Source: Bacteroidaceae bacterium | GTDB lineage: Bacteria > Pseudomonadota > Gammaproteobacteria > Burkholderiales > Burkholderiaceae_F | Direction of reading: 5' to 3' | Length of the DNA: 64,000 nucleotides | Assembly (NCBI GenBank): GCA_963652725.1 | Contig: CAVJUW010000003.1 | Location: 403-64,402, forward strand | In this document: piece by piece, positions 1 to 10,900 of the stretch | Position numbering within the stretch: the stretch's first letter is position 1 | How the letters are laid out: every line of letters begins with the position of its first letter | Position numbers and translations under genes: made by a program | The notes under the pieces: model-generated | Seen by the model: the letters and a program-made list of their open reading frames with translations, nothing else | Told to the model about the DNA's origin: nothing | Databases searched by the model: none

Positions 1-710
1 GTTGTCACAACAAGAGCGGCTGTTATAGGCACAGATTGTGCGAGAGTAAGCTGAATATCGCCCGTTCCTGGCGGCATATCGATAATTAAATAATCCAAAT
101 CAGGCCACTGCGTTTTTTCAGCAAGCTCTCGAATCGCCCGCGAGGCAACGGGACCGCGCCACGCAAGAGGCTCGCTGTCGCTAACGAAAAACCCGATGGA
201 ATTCACAGCCATGCCTGAGGCCTCAATAGGAAGCATGCTCTTTTCGTCAATCGCAGTGGGTTCCCCGTCAATTCCAAGAAGAATCGGAACCGATGGCCCG
301 TAGATATCCGCATCAAGAATCCCAACGCGAGCACCCTGCCTTTTTAAGGCAAGAGCTAAATTAACGGCAACCGTCGATTTTCCGACGCCTCCCTTAGCCG
401 AAGAGACAGCAAGGATGTTTTTCACAGAAGCGATTGGCTTGACACCCAATTTCACGCGGTGGCGGACGATTTCTCGTTTTACATCAAACCTAACAGAAAC
501 AAAGCCTTCTTCCTTTGCTTTTATCTTGATGAGCGATTTAACCGTCTCAATGACATCCTTATCAGGGAATCCAATAGAAAGTTTTACAGCAAGATTTTTC
601 TCAGAATCGAGCGTAATTTCTTTTATAAGACCGATGTCTTTAAAGCTCTTAGCCGAAATGGGTTCGACAAGCGCCTCAAGGAAAGTGCGTAGTTTTTCAA
701 GTGATTCCAT
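1..710 (-). CDS. mrp: Mrp/ApbC (NBP35-family) Fe-S cluster carrier ATPase, 3' end outside window
   Basis: Manual minus-strand translation from ATG 710 gives ILAVSSAKGGVGKSTVA (deviant Walker A), DADIYGPS, WRGP and DMPPGTGD. Divergent from metG as in many proteobacteria. Confidence 0.93.
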   Translation of the reverse strand, partial: MESLEKLRTFLEALVEPISAKSFKDIGLIKEITLDSEKNLAVKLSIGFPDKDVIETVKSLIKIKAKEEGFVSVRFDVKREIVRHRVKLGVKPIASVKNILAVSSAKGGVGKSTVAVNLALALKRQGARVGILDADIYGPSVPILLGIDGEPTAIDEKSMLPIEASGMAVNSIGFFVSDSEPLAWRGPVASRAIRELAEKTQWPDLDYLIIDMPPGTGDIQLTLAQSVPITAALVVT

Positions 711-891
711 GCGTTTTGCCTAAAAGTTCTTTTTCGAGATTCTAGTTTCTTTTGTTTCGCTTTCCTCTGTTAATGTGCCCGCCCCAATAAATCGGCAGCG
801 ACAAAATTCAGAAATCCCGAGTCTTGCGCGTTAAAATCCCCTTTTTCGCTGAAGAATGCTGAATAAATGCGATTTTGTTTGAGGCATAAAC

Positions 892-2955
892 ATGACAGAT
901 AAACAACGTACGATTTTCGTGACTACCGCTTTGCCCTATGCAAACGGGCCCTTCCACATCGGCCACATCATGGAATACATCCAAGCCGATATTTGGGTTC
1001 GTCACGAACGCATGTGTGGCAATAAAGTGTATTTCGTCGCAGCCGATGATGCGCACGGTGCGCCGATTATGATTGCCGCCCAGAAAAAGGGCATTACGCC
1101 TCAAGCCTTCGTCGCAGAGATTGCCGCAGGTCGTAAACAATACCTTGATGGTTTTCACATTGGATTCGATCACTGGCACTGCACAGATAGCCCCGAAAAC
1201 ACTTTCCTTTCTCAGGACATCTATCGCAAGCTAAAAGCCGCAGGACTCATCTACACAAAAGATATCGAGCAGTACTACGACACAGAAAAGGGAATGTTTC
1301 TTGCTGACCGCTACATCAAGGGAACGTGCCCAAAGTGCGGTGCGCCCGATCAGTATGGCGACTCCTGCGAAGTCTGCGGTTCTGTCTATTCACCAACAGA
1401 GCTTGTTAACCCAAAGAGCGCGCTCTCGGGAACAACGCCTGTGATGAAAACGTCAACTCATTATTTCTTTAAGCTCTCAGACCCGAAAGCGATTACCTTC
1501 CTACGCGAATGGACTAAGGGAAACGGCGCTGATGGTAAGCCTCGCGTTCAGTCTGAAGTTTTAGCCAAAGACGAAGAGTGGTTAGGCGAATCGGGAAACC
1601 TTGCCGATTGGGATATTTCGCGCGATGCGCCCTACTTTGGTATTGAAATTCCCGATGCCCCGGGTAAGTATTTCTACGTCTGGCTTGATGCTCCTGTTGG
1701 ATATCTTGCAAGCTTTAAAGCCTACTGCGAGAAAAATGGTCTTGATTTTGTTAAGACCTTGTCAGCGCCTGATACTGAACAGATTCACTTTATCGGTAAA
1801 GACATCATTTACTTTCATACGCTCTTTTGGCCAGCGATGTTGCACTTTGCAGGAACCCCTTACCGCGTTCCCGATCACATCAACGTGCACGGCTTCGTTA
1901 CCGTCAATGGGCAAAAAATGAGTAAGTCTCGTGGCACTGGCATTAGCCCCTTGGAGTACCTTGAACTCGGGATGAATGCGGAGTGGTTGCGTTACTACCT
2001 TGCTGCGAAGATGACAAGTCGCGTCGAAGATATCGACTTTACAAAAGACGATTTCCAGGCACGCGTCAATTCTGACTTAATCGGAAAGTACGTCAACATC
2101 GCAAGCCGAAGCGCTGGATTTATCTTTAAGCGTTTTGAAGGAAAAGTCTCTGATGCGGCGATGGCAGATCCGCTCTTAAAGAGCATTGCCGATGGCGCCA
2201 CAGAAATTAAGGCGCTTTACGAAGACCGCGAGTACTCCAAGGCACTGCGCCGCGTGATGGAATTTGCCGATGCCGTCAACGAATACGTCGACCGCGAAAA
2301 GCCCTGGGAGCTTGCAAAGACGCAAGGGAAAGAAGCCGACCTTCAGCGTGTTGCCTCTGTTGCCCTAGAGGCCTTCCGTCTTTTAACGCTTTACTTAAAG
2401 CCCGTGCTTCCTGCGACAGCCGCGAAAGTTGAATCCTTCTTAAATTGCGGCGAGCTCACTTGGGAAAGTGTTTCAACGCCACTTACGAGCGCAAAACCGA
2501 TTTCGAAGTTCGAACATCTGATGGGTCGCGTCGACCGCGAAAAGCAACTCGATGTGCTTGTTCCTGAAAAGCCCGTTACCGAAGAAAAGAAAGCGCTTCT
2601 CGGCGGCGAAATCGCACCTACCTGCACAATCGATGATTTCGCAAAACTCGATTTGCGTGTAGCGAAGATTCTCAAGGCAGAAACTGTTGAAGGTTCCACC
2701 AAACTTCTGCGTTTTGAACTCGATATCGGAGAAGAAAAACCGCGTCAGGTCTTCTCGGGGATTCAGGCAGCCTACAAGCCAGAGGACCTCATCGGTAAGC
2801 TCGTTATCATGATTGCCAACCTTGCTCCTCGCAAGATGCGCTTTGGCTTATCCGAAGGCATGCTCCTTTGCGCAAGCGCAACCGATGGGAAGCCCTCTGA
2901 GCTCTATTTAATTGAGCCGTTTAACGGGGCAAAACCTGGGATGCGTTTGAGTTAG
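892..2955 (+). CDS. metG: Methionine--tRNA ligase with C-terminal tRNA-binding domain
   Basis: [11 protein letters not shown], Zn-knuckle CPKC...CEVC, KMSKS, C-terminal [11 protein letters not shown] domain. Confidence 0.98.
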   Translation: MTDKQRTIFVTTALPYANGPFHIGHIMEYIQADIWVRHERMCGNKVYFVAADDAHGAPIMIAAQKKGITPQAFVAEIAAGRKQYLDGFHIGFDHWHCTDSPENTFLSQDIYRKLKAAGLIYTKDIEQYYDTEKGMFLADRYIKGTCPKCGAPDQYGDSCEVCGSVYSPTELVNPKSALSGTTPVMKTSTHYFFKLSDPKAITFLREWTKGNGADGKPRVQSEVLAKDEEWLGESGNLADWDISRDAPYFGIEIPDAPGKYFYVWLDAPVGYLASFKAYCEKNGLDFVKTLSAPDTEQIHFIGKDIIYFHTLFWPAMLHFAGTPYRVPDHINVHGFVTVNGQKMSKSRGTGISPLEYLELGMNAEWLRYYLAAKMTSRVEDIDFTKDDFQARVNSDLIGKYVNIASRSAGFIFKRFEGKVSDAAMADPLLKSIADGATEIKALYEDREYSKALRRVMEFADAVNEYVDREKPWELAKTQGKEADLQRVASVALEAFRLLTLYLKPVLPATAAKVESFLNCGELTWESVSTPLTSAKPISKFEHLMGRVDREKQLDVLVPEKPVTEEKKALLGGEIAPTCTIDDFAKLDLRVAKILKAETVEGSTKLLRFELDIGEEKPRQVFSGIQAAYKPEDLIGKLVIMIANLAPRKMRFGLSEGMLLCASATDGKPSELYLIEPFNGAKPGMRLS

Positions 2956-2980
2956 AATCCGCTCGAAATCGAGCTTTCAA

Positions 2981-3010
2981 AAAAACGGCGCCGATTTTGG
3001 TGCCGTTTTT
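2981..3010. terminator. Intrinsic terminator-like hairpin after metG, possibly bidirectional
   Basis: AAAAACGGCGCC-GATTTT-GGTGCCGTTTTT. Confidence 0.7.
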
Positions 3011-3035
3011 GTCCTTATTCGGGAAGAAAGAACCT

Positions 3036-3917
3036 ATGCCTGCTGCGTCAGTTTGGATTCTTGTTGGCGGATTTCTTTTCACGCTGATGTCACTATCGGC
3101 TAAGCTTTGCTCGGCCTATTTTCATATCTATGAAATTCTTTTTTGGCGCTCCTCGTTTGGCTTAATCTGCATTGCGCTTTATATGCTTTATCGCGGGATT
3201 TCCTTTGCGACAAAGCACCCCTTTGCGCATTTCAAGCGAGGCGTTGCAGGAATGTCTTGCTTTGCTCTAGAAATCTGTGCCTTAACGTACTTACCGCTTT
3301 CTGTTGAGCAACCGATTGCCTACTTGAGTCCGCTTGTTTTCTGCATTTTCTTTGTGATTTCTTCAAAGCTTCACGGCAATCGTATCGAGTGGCCAATTAT
3401 TGGTGCAGTTGTCATCGGCTTTTCTGGGGTCTTGCTGATTGCGCGACCTGAGAGTTCAGGCTTTAATCTAACAGGCGTTCTAATCGCTCTCGTTGCCGCA
3501 TTCGCTGGGGCCACATCAAACTGGCTTTTGCGTGACCTTGGACAGCAGGGTGAACCCAATGAGCGTGCCGTCTTTTACTTTATGCTCACAGGAACCACGG
3601 CTGGGGCTCTTTCGATGCTTCTTATTCCTGGGGACCTTCACCTACCAAGCGCACAATCGATCTATCCGCTCTTAGGCGTTATGGCCTCAGGTCTTCTCGG
3701 TCAAGTTTGTTGGACGATTGCTTGGGCCAAAGGGCATTCACTACTAAATGCCGTATTTCAATTTTCGGGAATTTTCTTTGGCGTTCTCTTAGGCATTCTC
3801 GCCTTAGGCGAAACCATTGACTCCATCTCGCTACTAGGCGTGATGGTGATTTTCGCAGCCGGTCTTTTTGCCTCACTTTATCTGCGAGGCCACAAGAAGA
3901 GAACTTCGAAGGCTTAA
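3036..3917 (+). CDS. EamA/DMT-family membrane transporter
   Basis: About 10 hydrophobic helices in two repeats; ILFWRS, LLIARP, LGE motifs. ATG 3036 preferred over TTG 2997, which lies inside the terminator. Confidence 0.85.
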   Translation: MPAASVWILVGGFLFTLMSLSAKLCSAYFHIYEILFWRSSFGLICIALYMLYRGISFATKHPFAHFKRGVAGMSCFALEICALTYLPLSVEQPIAYLSPLVFCIFFVISSKLHGNRIEWPIIGAVVIGFSGVLLIARPESSGFNLTGVLIALVAAFAGATSNWLLRDLGQQGEPNERAVFYFMLTGTTAGALSMLLIPGDLHLPSAQSIYPLLGVMASGLLGQVCWTIAWAKGHSLLNAVFQFSGIFFGVLLGILALGETIDSISLLGVMVIFAAGLFASLYLRGHKKRTSKA

Positions 3918-4273
3918 ACCGAGAAGGAACTTCCGCACGAGCACGAGGTGACAGCGTTCGGGTTACGAATCACAAACTGAGCGCCTTCTAACTCATCCTT
4001 GAAATCGATTTCTGCGCCAACCAAATATTGGAAAGAAAGCGGATCGACCAAGAAAGTCACGCCATCGCGCTCGATTACCGTGTCATCGGCTTCTTTGGCT
4101 TCTTCAAACTGAAAGCCGTATTGGAAACCCTGACAACCCCCTCCTTGCACGAAAACGCGCAGGGGACTATTGGGGTTTTCCTCTTGACTGAGTAACTCTT
4201 TAACTTTGAGAACGCACGCATCCGTAAAGTGAATCGGATCGGTTGATGCGGGTTGTGTTTCTTTTTCTGCCAT
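3914..4273 (-). CDS. erpA: Iron-sulfur cluster insertion protein ErpA (A-type carrier)
   Basis: [29 protein letters not shown]. Confidence 0.92.
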   Translation of the reverse strand: MAEKETQPASTDPIHFTDACVLKVKELLSQEENPNSPLRVFVQGGGCQGFQYGFQFEEAKEADDTVIERDGVTFLVDPLSFQYLVGAEIDFKDELEGAQFVIRNPNAVTSCSCGSSFSV

Positions 4274-4318
4274 ACGTTTTCAAATTCTCTAATAAGAAAG
4301 TAACGCGATTATAAGCAC

Positions 4319-5497
4319 TTAGTTTTCGTCCCACGGTGTCTTTTCTTTGGGAAATAGCACCCAGGCTGAAACAGAACTTTTCTGCGCTCCAGCCTTTTGG
4401 GCTGCCACGTCTCCATAACCCCAGAAGAAGTCAAATCGCAGTGCGCCACAAATAGCGCTACCCGTGTCTTGCGCGATAACGGGACGCGTAAAGTTTAAAG
4501 GAGGATTCATTTGGCTTGCACTCACAATAAAAGGTAGGCCAAGTGTCCAATAGTTTTTATCGATAGCAACGGAGGCCTTACCTGTCAGAGCTACGCCTTG
4601 GCTTCCGATTGGACCTTCCTCCTTATTTGTAACAGATCTTTCGGAGAAAAAGACATAGCGCTTGTTATAAGAGAGCATTTCGTTGACGCGCGCAGGGTTT
4701 TCTTTGGCCCAAGTTTTAATGCGCTCCATATTCATTTGCGAGGCAGGGATTCTTGTTTCTTTGATAAGCCATTGACCGATTGCGCGATACGGGTGTCCAT
4801 TGGTGTCAGCAAAGCCTAAGCGCATACTCGTGCCATCCTCAAAAAGAATACGGCCCGATCCTTGAATCTGAAGAAAAAACGCCTCGACTGGGTCTTCAAC
4901 CCAACAAAGCGCATAGCGCTCTAAGTCGCGCCGCTTCATGATTTCTTCGCGTGTGTCGTAGGCCTGAAGAACGCCATTTTTCAATTTTTGCTTGAGGGGA
5001 TTTTTCCCTGCCACTTTTGTTGTGATTAAATCGGCAGGCGCCGCCAAAAGCGGCACTTTGTAGCGCGCTGTTTTGTAGCGCGATCCCTTTAACGCGGGTT
5101 CGTAATAGCCTGTCATAAGGCCGGTTTCTAAAGAACTCCCGTCTTTTGCCGTTGTTGCGATGTGCCAAAGATTAAAGTTCTCTTCAAAAAAAAGCGGCGC
5201 TTCACTATCGGCTATTTCAGAGGCCTTGCCACACACGTCTTTAAAGAGATCGGCGTCCTTTATTTTTGTGCAAGAAGCCTTAAACGCTCTAAAGGCTAAA
5301 TTCCAATCCTCAAAAGAGATTTCTGGGACGCTTGAGAAATCTTCAAGCGTCAAAGTCACATCTTTTTTTGTGATGGTTTGGAAAGCGTGAACCTCTCCTT
5401 CTTCAATGGAATCTGTGGCGCACGAGGCGATAAAAAGCGTTGCAACAAAAAGTGCTGCAATCGACTTTCTTCGTTTCTCTTTAGTCATGGTTATCAC
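4319..5497 (-). CDS. mltA: Membrane-bound lytic murein transglycosylase A (lipoprotein)
   Basis: Lipobox FIASC, TGYYEP, FFLQIQGSG, QDTGSAI.G..RFDFFWG. Confidence 0.92.
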   Translation of the reverse strand: MITMTKEKRRKSIAALFVATLFIASCATDSIEEGEVHAFQTITKKDVTLTLEDFSSVPEISFEDWNLAFRAFKASCTKIKDADLFKDVCGKASEIADSEAPLFFEENFNLWHIATTAKDGSSLETGLMTGYYEPALKGSRYKTARYKVPLLAAPADLITTKVAGKNPLKQKLKNGVLQAYDTREEIMKRRDLERYALCWVEDPVEAFFLQIQGSGRILFEDGTSMRLGFADTNGHPYRAIGQWLIKETRIPASQMNMERIKTWAKENPARVNEMLSYNKRYVFFSERSVTNKEEGPIGSQGVALTGKASVAIDKNYWTLGLPFIVSASQMNPPLNFTRPVIAQDTGSAICGALRFDFFWGYGDVAAQKAGAQKSSVSAWVLFPKEKTPWDEN

Positions 5498-6624
5498 GCT
5501 AAAAACCTTTCTTGAACCGTGCTTAAAAAGCGCCAGCCAAGTTCTGTGGTTGCCAATCGGTCTTTTCTTAAGAGCCCCTCTTGACGCAAGGCCTCAACTA
5601 TGTCGGCAATCTCATGAAAGTCCAAACCCGTAGCCTCTTTCCAACGCTCCTCAGGAACGCCATCTTTGAGTCTTAAGACATTGAGCATAAATTCAAAGGG
5701 AATATCTTCTTTACTCACAACAGTAAGAGAAGGACTCTCTTCTCGGGCTTTCGTTTCGAGCATGTATCTTGTGGGGTCGGAGGAGCGAATTGTGCGATAG
5801 ATTTTCCCGTCAAGAGTCACTTTACCGTGAGCTCCTGCGCCAATTCCAAGATAGTCGCCATAGGTCCAGTACGTTAAATTGTGGCGACACTCGTGCCCGA
5901 TTTTGGCGTAGCCAGAAACTTCATAGTGAGTAAGTCCCGTCTTCTGCGTGAGTTCAAAGGCGCGTTGCGCCATCTCGTAAGCGCGATCGGAATCTGGCAT
6001 CCCCTTCGGAGGCTTTTTAAAGAAAACAGAACCCTCTTCAATGGTTAATTCGTAAATCGATAGGTGCGTCGTCGCAAAAGTAAGCGCCTCTTTTAAATCA
6101 GCCTCAAACATTTCTTGCGTCTGACAGGGAAGCGCATACATTAAATCGATGTTTACCTCATCGAAAATCTCTGTAGCGGCCTTTATCGCCTCTTTTGCTT
6201 CCGAGGAAGTATGAATGCGCCCTAAGGCGCAAAGCATCTTATCGTTAAAACTTTGCACCCCAATCGAAAGGCGTGTCACACCACTATCGAAAAAAGACTG
6301 GAGCTTCTCTTTTGTAACGGTCCCAGGGTTTGCCTCGAGACTAACTTCAGCGCCATCGATAACCGTGAAGTGTTCGCGAATTCCATCGAATAGCTTAGAA
6401 AAACCCTCTTCGCTTATTAAGCTTGGCGTTCCTCCCCCAAAGTAAATACTTGAAATGGGGCGATTCATGCAAGAGGCGATTTTCTTTAAGTCATCAAGAA
6501 GCGCTTTAATATACCGAGGCTCTTCGCGCGCATAGTTACCAGCGCGCGAATTAAAGTCGCAATATGGGCATTTTCTGATGCACCAAGGCCAGTGCACGTA
6601 AAGTGCAATGGGCGTCTCTACCAT
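5494..6624 (-). CDS. hemW: Radical SAM heme chaperone HemW
   Basis: YVHWPWCIRKCPYCDFNS, YFGGGTPS, HNLTYW, GIGAGAHG; follows rdgB. Confidence 0.92.
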   Translation of the reverse strand: MVETPIALYVHWPWCIRKCPYCDFNSRAGNYAREEPRYIKALLDDLKKIASCMNRPISSIYFGGGTPSLISEEGFSKLFDGIREHFTVIDGAEVSLEANPGTVTKEKLQSFFDSGVTRLSIGVQSFNDKMLCALGRIHTSSEAKEAIKAATEIFDEVNIDLMYALPCQTQEMFEADLKEALTFATTHLSIYELTIEEGSVFFKKPPKGMPDSDRAYEMAQRAFELTQKTGLTHYEVSGYAKIGHECRHNLTYWTYGDYLGIGAGAHGKVTLDGKIYRTIRSSDPTRYMLETKAREESPSLTVVSKEDIPFEFMLNVLRLKDGVPEERWKEATGLDFHEIADIVEALRQEGLLRKDRLATTELGWRFLSTVQERFLA

Positions 6625-7217
6625 TGCCAGCGCTCTGCGATAGCCTCAAGCATCGCACGTAGGGCTTTACCACGGTGACTGACGGCGTTTTTCTCTTGTG
6701 CTGTGAGTTCGGCTGCTGTCTTTTTAAATTCGGGTAGATAAAAGTACGGATCGTAACCAAAGCCACCTGTACCACGCGGCTCAGAAATCACTTCACCGTC
6801 CCAGTGAGCGACAACAACGATGGGTTCAGGATCATCGGCATAGCGCAAAGCAACAAGGACGCAGGTGTAGTGAGCCCGTTTATCTTCCTTGTCTTTTAAA
6901 GCGGCAACAAGCTTGGCGTTATTAGCGGCATCGTCGCAATCGGCCCCGGCGTAACGCGCTGAGAAAACGCCAGGCTCGCCGTTTAAAGCCTCAGCGGTAA
7001 TCCCTGAATCGTCAGCAAGAGCCGGAAGGCCGCTCACATTTGCTGCGTGTCGCGCTTTAGCTAAGGCATTTTCTAAAAACGTGTGATACGGTTCATCGCA
7101 GGCCGATACCCCAAGACTACCTTGACCGACGACACGGATGTCCCGTTCAGAAAACATTGCGTTAAATTCACGAAGTTTTCCCGCATTGTTAGAAGCGAGA
7201 ACGAGTTTTTTTTGCAT
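6618..7217 (-). CDS. rdgB: Non-canonical purine NTP pyrophosphatase (RdgB/HAM1)
   Basis: ASNNAGK, ADDSG, GFGYDPYF, SHRGKA. Confidence 0.95.
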   Translation of the reverse strand: MQKKLVLASNNAGKLREFNAMFSERDIRVVGQGSLGVSACDEPYHTFLENALAKARHAANVSGLPALADDSGITAEALNGEPGVFSARYAGADCDDAANNAKLVAALKDKEDKRAHYTCVLVALRYADDPEPIVVVAHWDGEVISEPRGTGGFGYDPYFYLPEFKKTAAELTAQEKNAVSHRGKALRAMLEAIAERWQW

Positions 7218-7222
7218 GCGTT

Positions 7223-7945
7223 TTACCCCTGAAGGCTCGTTTCTTGAATCGACCGTATTTTTTCACATCCAAGGCGTGCTAGGTTAAGCATCGTCATCAA
7301 ATCGTCTTGACTAAAGGCCTCGCCTTCTGCCGTTCCCTGAATCTCAACGTAACGACCTTTTCCTGTCATCACAACGTTCATATCCGTGTCGCTTGAGCTA
7401 TCTTCCACATAATCGAGATCGAGCACGGCGGCTCCCTCACTCATACCAACGCTAATGGCAGAAACTGAATCCAAAAGAGGATTCTCATCGATCTTTCCTT
7501 CTTTGATCATCCAATCGATGGCATCGACTAAAGCGACATAGGCGCCCGTAATAGAAGCGCAACGCGTGCCACCATCAGCCTGTATGACATCGCAATCGAT
7601 TTTGATGGTAAAGCCAGCGATCTTTGTGCGATCGACAATGGCGCGTAGGCTTCTACCAATCAATCGTTGAATCTCTTGGGTGCGTCCGCTTTGTTTACCT
7701 TTGGCAGCCTCTCTTTCGCAACGCGTGGCTGTGGCGCGAGGCAAAAGCCCGTATTCGGCTGTGACCCAACCTTCGGCTTCTGAGTCCACAAACTTCGGCG
7801 TCCCATCGATGACACTTGCCGTGCAAATCACCTTTGTGTTTCCAACACTAATAAGGACACTACCTTCGGCGTGACAGGTAAAGTGCCGCACAATCGTAAT
7901 GGGCCGAAGTTGATCGGCTTTACGAGAATCATGTCGAGAGATCAT
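7223..7945 (-). CDS. rph: Ribonuclease PH
   Basis: [45 protein letters not shown]. Confidence 0.96.
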   Translation of the reverse strand: MISRHDSRKADQLRPITIVRHFTCHAEGSVLISVGNTKVICTASVIDGTPKFVDSEAEGWVTAEYGLLPRATATRCEREAAKGKQSGRTQEIQRLIGRSLRAIVDRTKIAGFTIKIDCDVIQADGGTRCASITGAYVALVDAIDWMIKEGKIDENPLLDSVSAISVGMSEGAAVLDLDYVEDSSSDTDMNVVMTGKGRYVEIQGTAEGEAFSQDDLMTMLNLARLGCEKIRSIQETSLQG

Positions 7946-7999
7946 TTTTTATCTCCTAAGGAAACCTTTATTACGAAAAACTTCCCAAATCAAAACGCC

Positions 8000-10900
8000 T
8001 TATCTAGCCAATGCTAAGAGTTCCATAATCTCTTCGCGCCCTAAGCGAGAAGACATTTCAGAGCCTTCGAGCAAAGCGTCCGCGAGGGACTTTTTCGTGC
8101 TGTGTAATTTCAAAATCTTTTCTTCAACAGTACCTGAAGCAATCAAGCGATAAATCGTCACGGGCCGATCTTGCCCGATGCGATACGTTCTATCGCTTGC
8201 TTGATCTTCGATCGCAGGATTCCACCACGGATCCATGTGAATCACGTAGTCGGCTGCCGTAAGGTTAAGTCCCGTGCCACCAGCTTTAAGGCTAATTAAA
8301 AAGAGCGGCATCGAGCCTTCCTCAAAGGCGCTTACGAGCTTCTGGCGTTGCGCAGAACTTACAGCACCATCCAAATACAAATACTCGATTCCCTTTTCTT
8401 CAAGCGCTCGGCGAATTAACGCAAGGTGGCTTGTAAATTGACTAAAGACAAGCGCACGATGGTGGTTGTCGATTAGTTCATCGACAAGACTTAAGAAGAC
8501 CTGAGTCTTAGAAGAAGGAAGTTTTAATTTTGCGTCAACAAGTTCTGGAGAGCACGCAGCGCGCCGCAGTTTCATTAAGGCTGCAAGCGCTTGCACAGGA
8601 TTGATTTCTCCGGTTTCAAGACTTTCTTTTGTTTCTTCACGAAGCTGCTCATAGAGGGCTCGCTCTTCTTGGCTTAATTCAACCTTAATTGTGGTTTCAG
8701 TCTTTTCAGGTAACTCATTTAACACATCGGCTTTTGTGCGACGCAAAATAAAGGGAGAAACAATGCGCTTTAAAAGGCGCTGCTGCTCACGATCTTTATC
8801 TCGCTCAATGGGAAGAACAAAACGTTCACCAAAGTGGTTAAAGCTACCTAAAAGGCCAGGAACAGCCACTTCAAAAAGCGCCCAAATTTCCGATAAGTGG
8901 TTCTGCAAAGGCGTTCCCGTCAGAAGCACACGGAAATCTGACTTAATCGATGTTGCCGCTTTAAAGGCTTTCGTGTCACGATTTTTGATGTTATGCGCCT
9001 CATCGTAAACGGCCGTCACCCATGTCTTTTTCGCAATCGCTTCAATTTCGCTTGTAAGAACGCCGTAGGTTGAAATCACAACCGTGTTTTTCCCGGCTTT
9101 CTCTAAAGCCTCTGTGCGATTCTCTTGCGTATTCAAAATGATCTGTTTTAGGCTCGGAGCAAAGCGAGTGAGTTCTTCTTGCCAATTAAAAAGAACAGAG
9201 GCAGGAACTGTGACAAGCTGCGCACCGTCTTTCGCGCGACTTAAAAGCACCGCAATGGTTTGCACAGTTTTCCCTAGCCCCATATCGTCAGCAAGTAGCG
9301 CCCCTGCACCCCAAGAGGCAAGACGCATCATCCACTCAAAGCCATCGAGCTGATAGTCACGCAATTGTGCTTGAAGTGCTGTGGGAACATGCGCGGTAAC
9401 GGTTTCAGCTTTCGCGATGCGCTCCTGTAAATCACGGTACTCCTTATCGGCATTTAACACGGCACCTTGTTTTTCAAAGTCGCCTAAGACACCTGCGTTA
9501 AAAGTCGAAAGCTGAGAAGAGCCTTTACCTGAGAGCGTGCGATCGAGCGCTAAGAGTTGCTTTTTAAGTCCTTCGGTAAGGGCCACATACTCGGCATCGC
9601 CAAGAGAAACGAAGTCGCCCTTACTTTCTCGAACCATGCGAAGCAATTCGGCCATCTTCAATTTGGTTTTCCCGTCAAGACTGACTTCACCCTTAACCTC
9701 AAACCATGTGCCCATGCGATTGATGGAAAACTGAAGACTTGAAAAGGAAATCGGCGCATAAGAGACTTTAAATTTTGCACCTTCTGGCCACTGCACGGTG
9801 ACTTCGTCTTTGAGAGTACGCACAGTGCTTAAGAATTTAAGGCAATCTGATGTATCGAGATACCATTCAAAGTCGCCTGTCCGATTCTCTTCCCAAGAAG
9901 AAACCACACTCTCGAATTGAGAAAATGCCTCTTTTTCTTTTTTTAGATTGCGAACGACTTGAACGGGCTTGCCTTTGAGATTGACAGCCAAAAATTCTGA
10001 GCCGTTTCCTGGCTCGCAGGTTACAGGAGAGTCCTCAATAGGACGAACAACAAGGCGCATCGTGTACCAGTTATCCCCTTCGGGAACAACGCGCACCGTG
10101 AGTTTTGTACTCGCCTTAATCTTTTCGAGTTGCTCTGAATTGTTAAGTAGCTCACTCATCACAGGCATTCTTAGCGATAGGCGCTCAAAAAGCTGTGTTA
10201 ACTTATCCTGCGCGGCTACAGGGAATGCCCTCTTCTTTTTAAAAGAAAAATAAAGCTTCTTTTGTTCTTCAGAAATGTCAATAACTTCAATCTGACCAAG
10301 GCTCTTTTCACGCACGATGCAATCGGGCACATCTTCGAGGTCCTTTAATTCATCGTCGATGTTTGTGTGGACAACAAATTGGCTGTTCTCTTTTTTCGCC
10401 TCAACCTGAAATTCGCCTTTAAGGATTTCGCAGTGAATATCCATATTTCTCAGGTCATAGACATTCGGGTGTCCAATTAGACGACGAAAGACATCTTTGC
10501 CACGAAGATCTCGAGAAACACCTGACCAGGCCTTTGTGACCGAGATTTGTGAGGCAACTTCCAAATCTTGCGGTGTCATCCCCTTTTCGCTTGTCATTTT
10601 CTCAAAAACGCGCAATGAGATTTCTTTGGGTTCAGAAAACCGTCCCGTTTTTAAGCTCTTTTGCAAATAAGGCACCACGGCAAGTATCTTAGGATTGACG
10701 CCATAAATGATGCGTTGTTTCGGCGCCTTTGCCGCAGAACTTCCCGCCTTCTTTACTTTAGAAGCCGTGTAGTCAAGAAGCTCGTCTAAAAGGTTTTCCC
10801 ACTCCTCTACTTGGCGCTGAGAGTAGATAAGAGATTTCATGCCAAATTGCGCTTCGAGTTCGGCAACTCTTTTTGGATTCGAAGCGGTTGCGGTAAGCCA

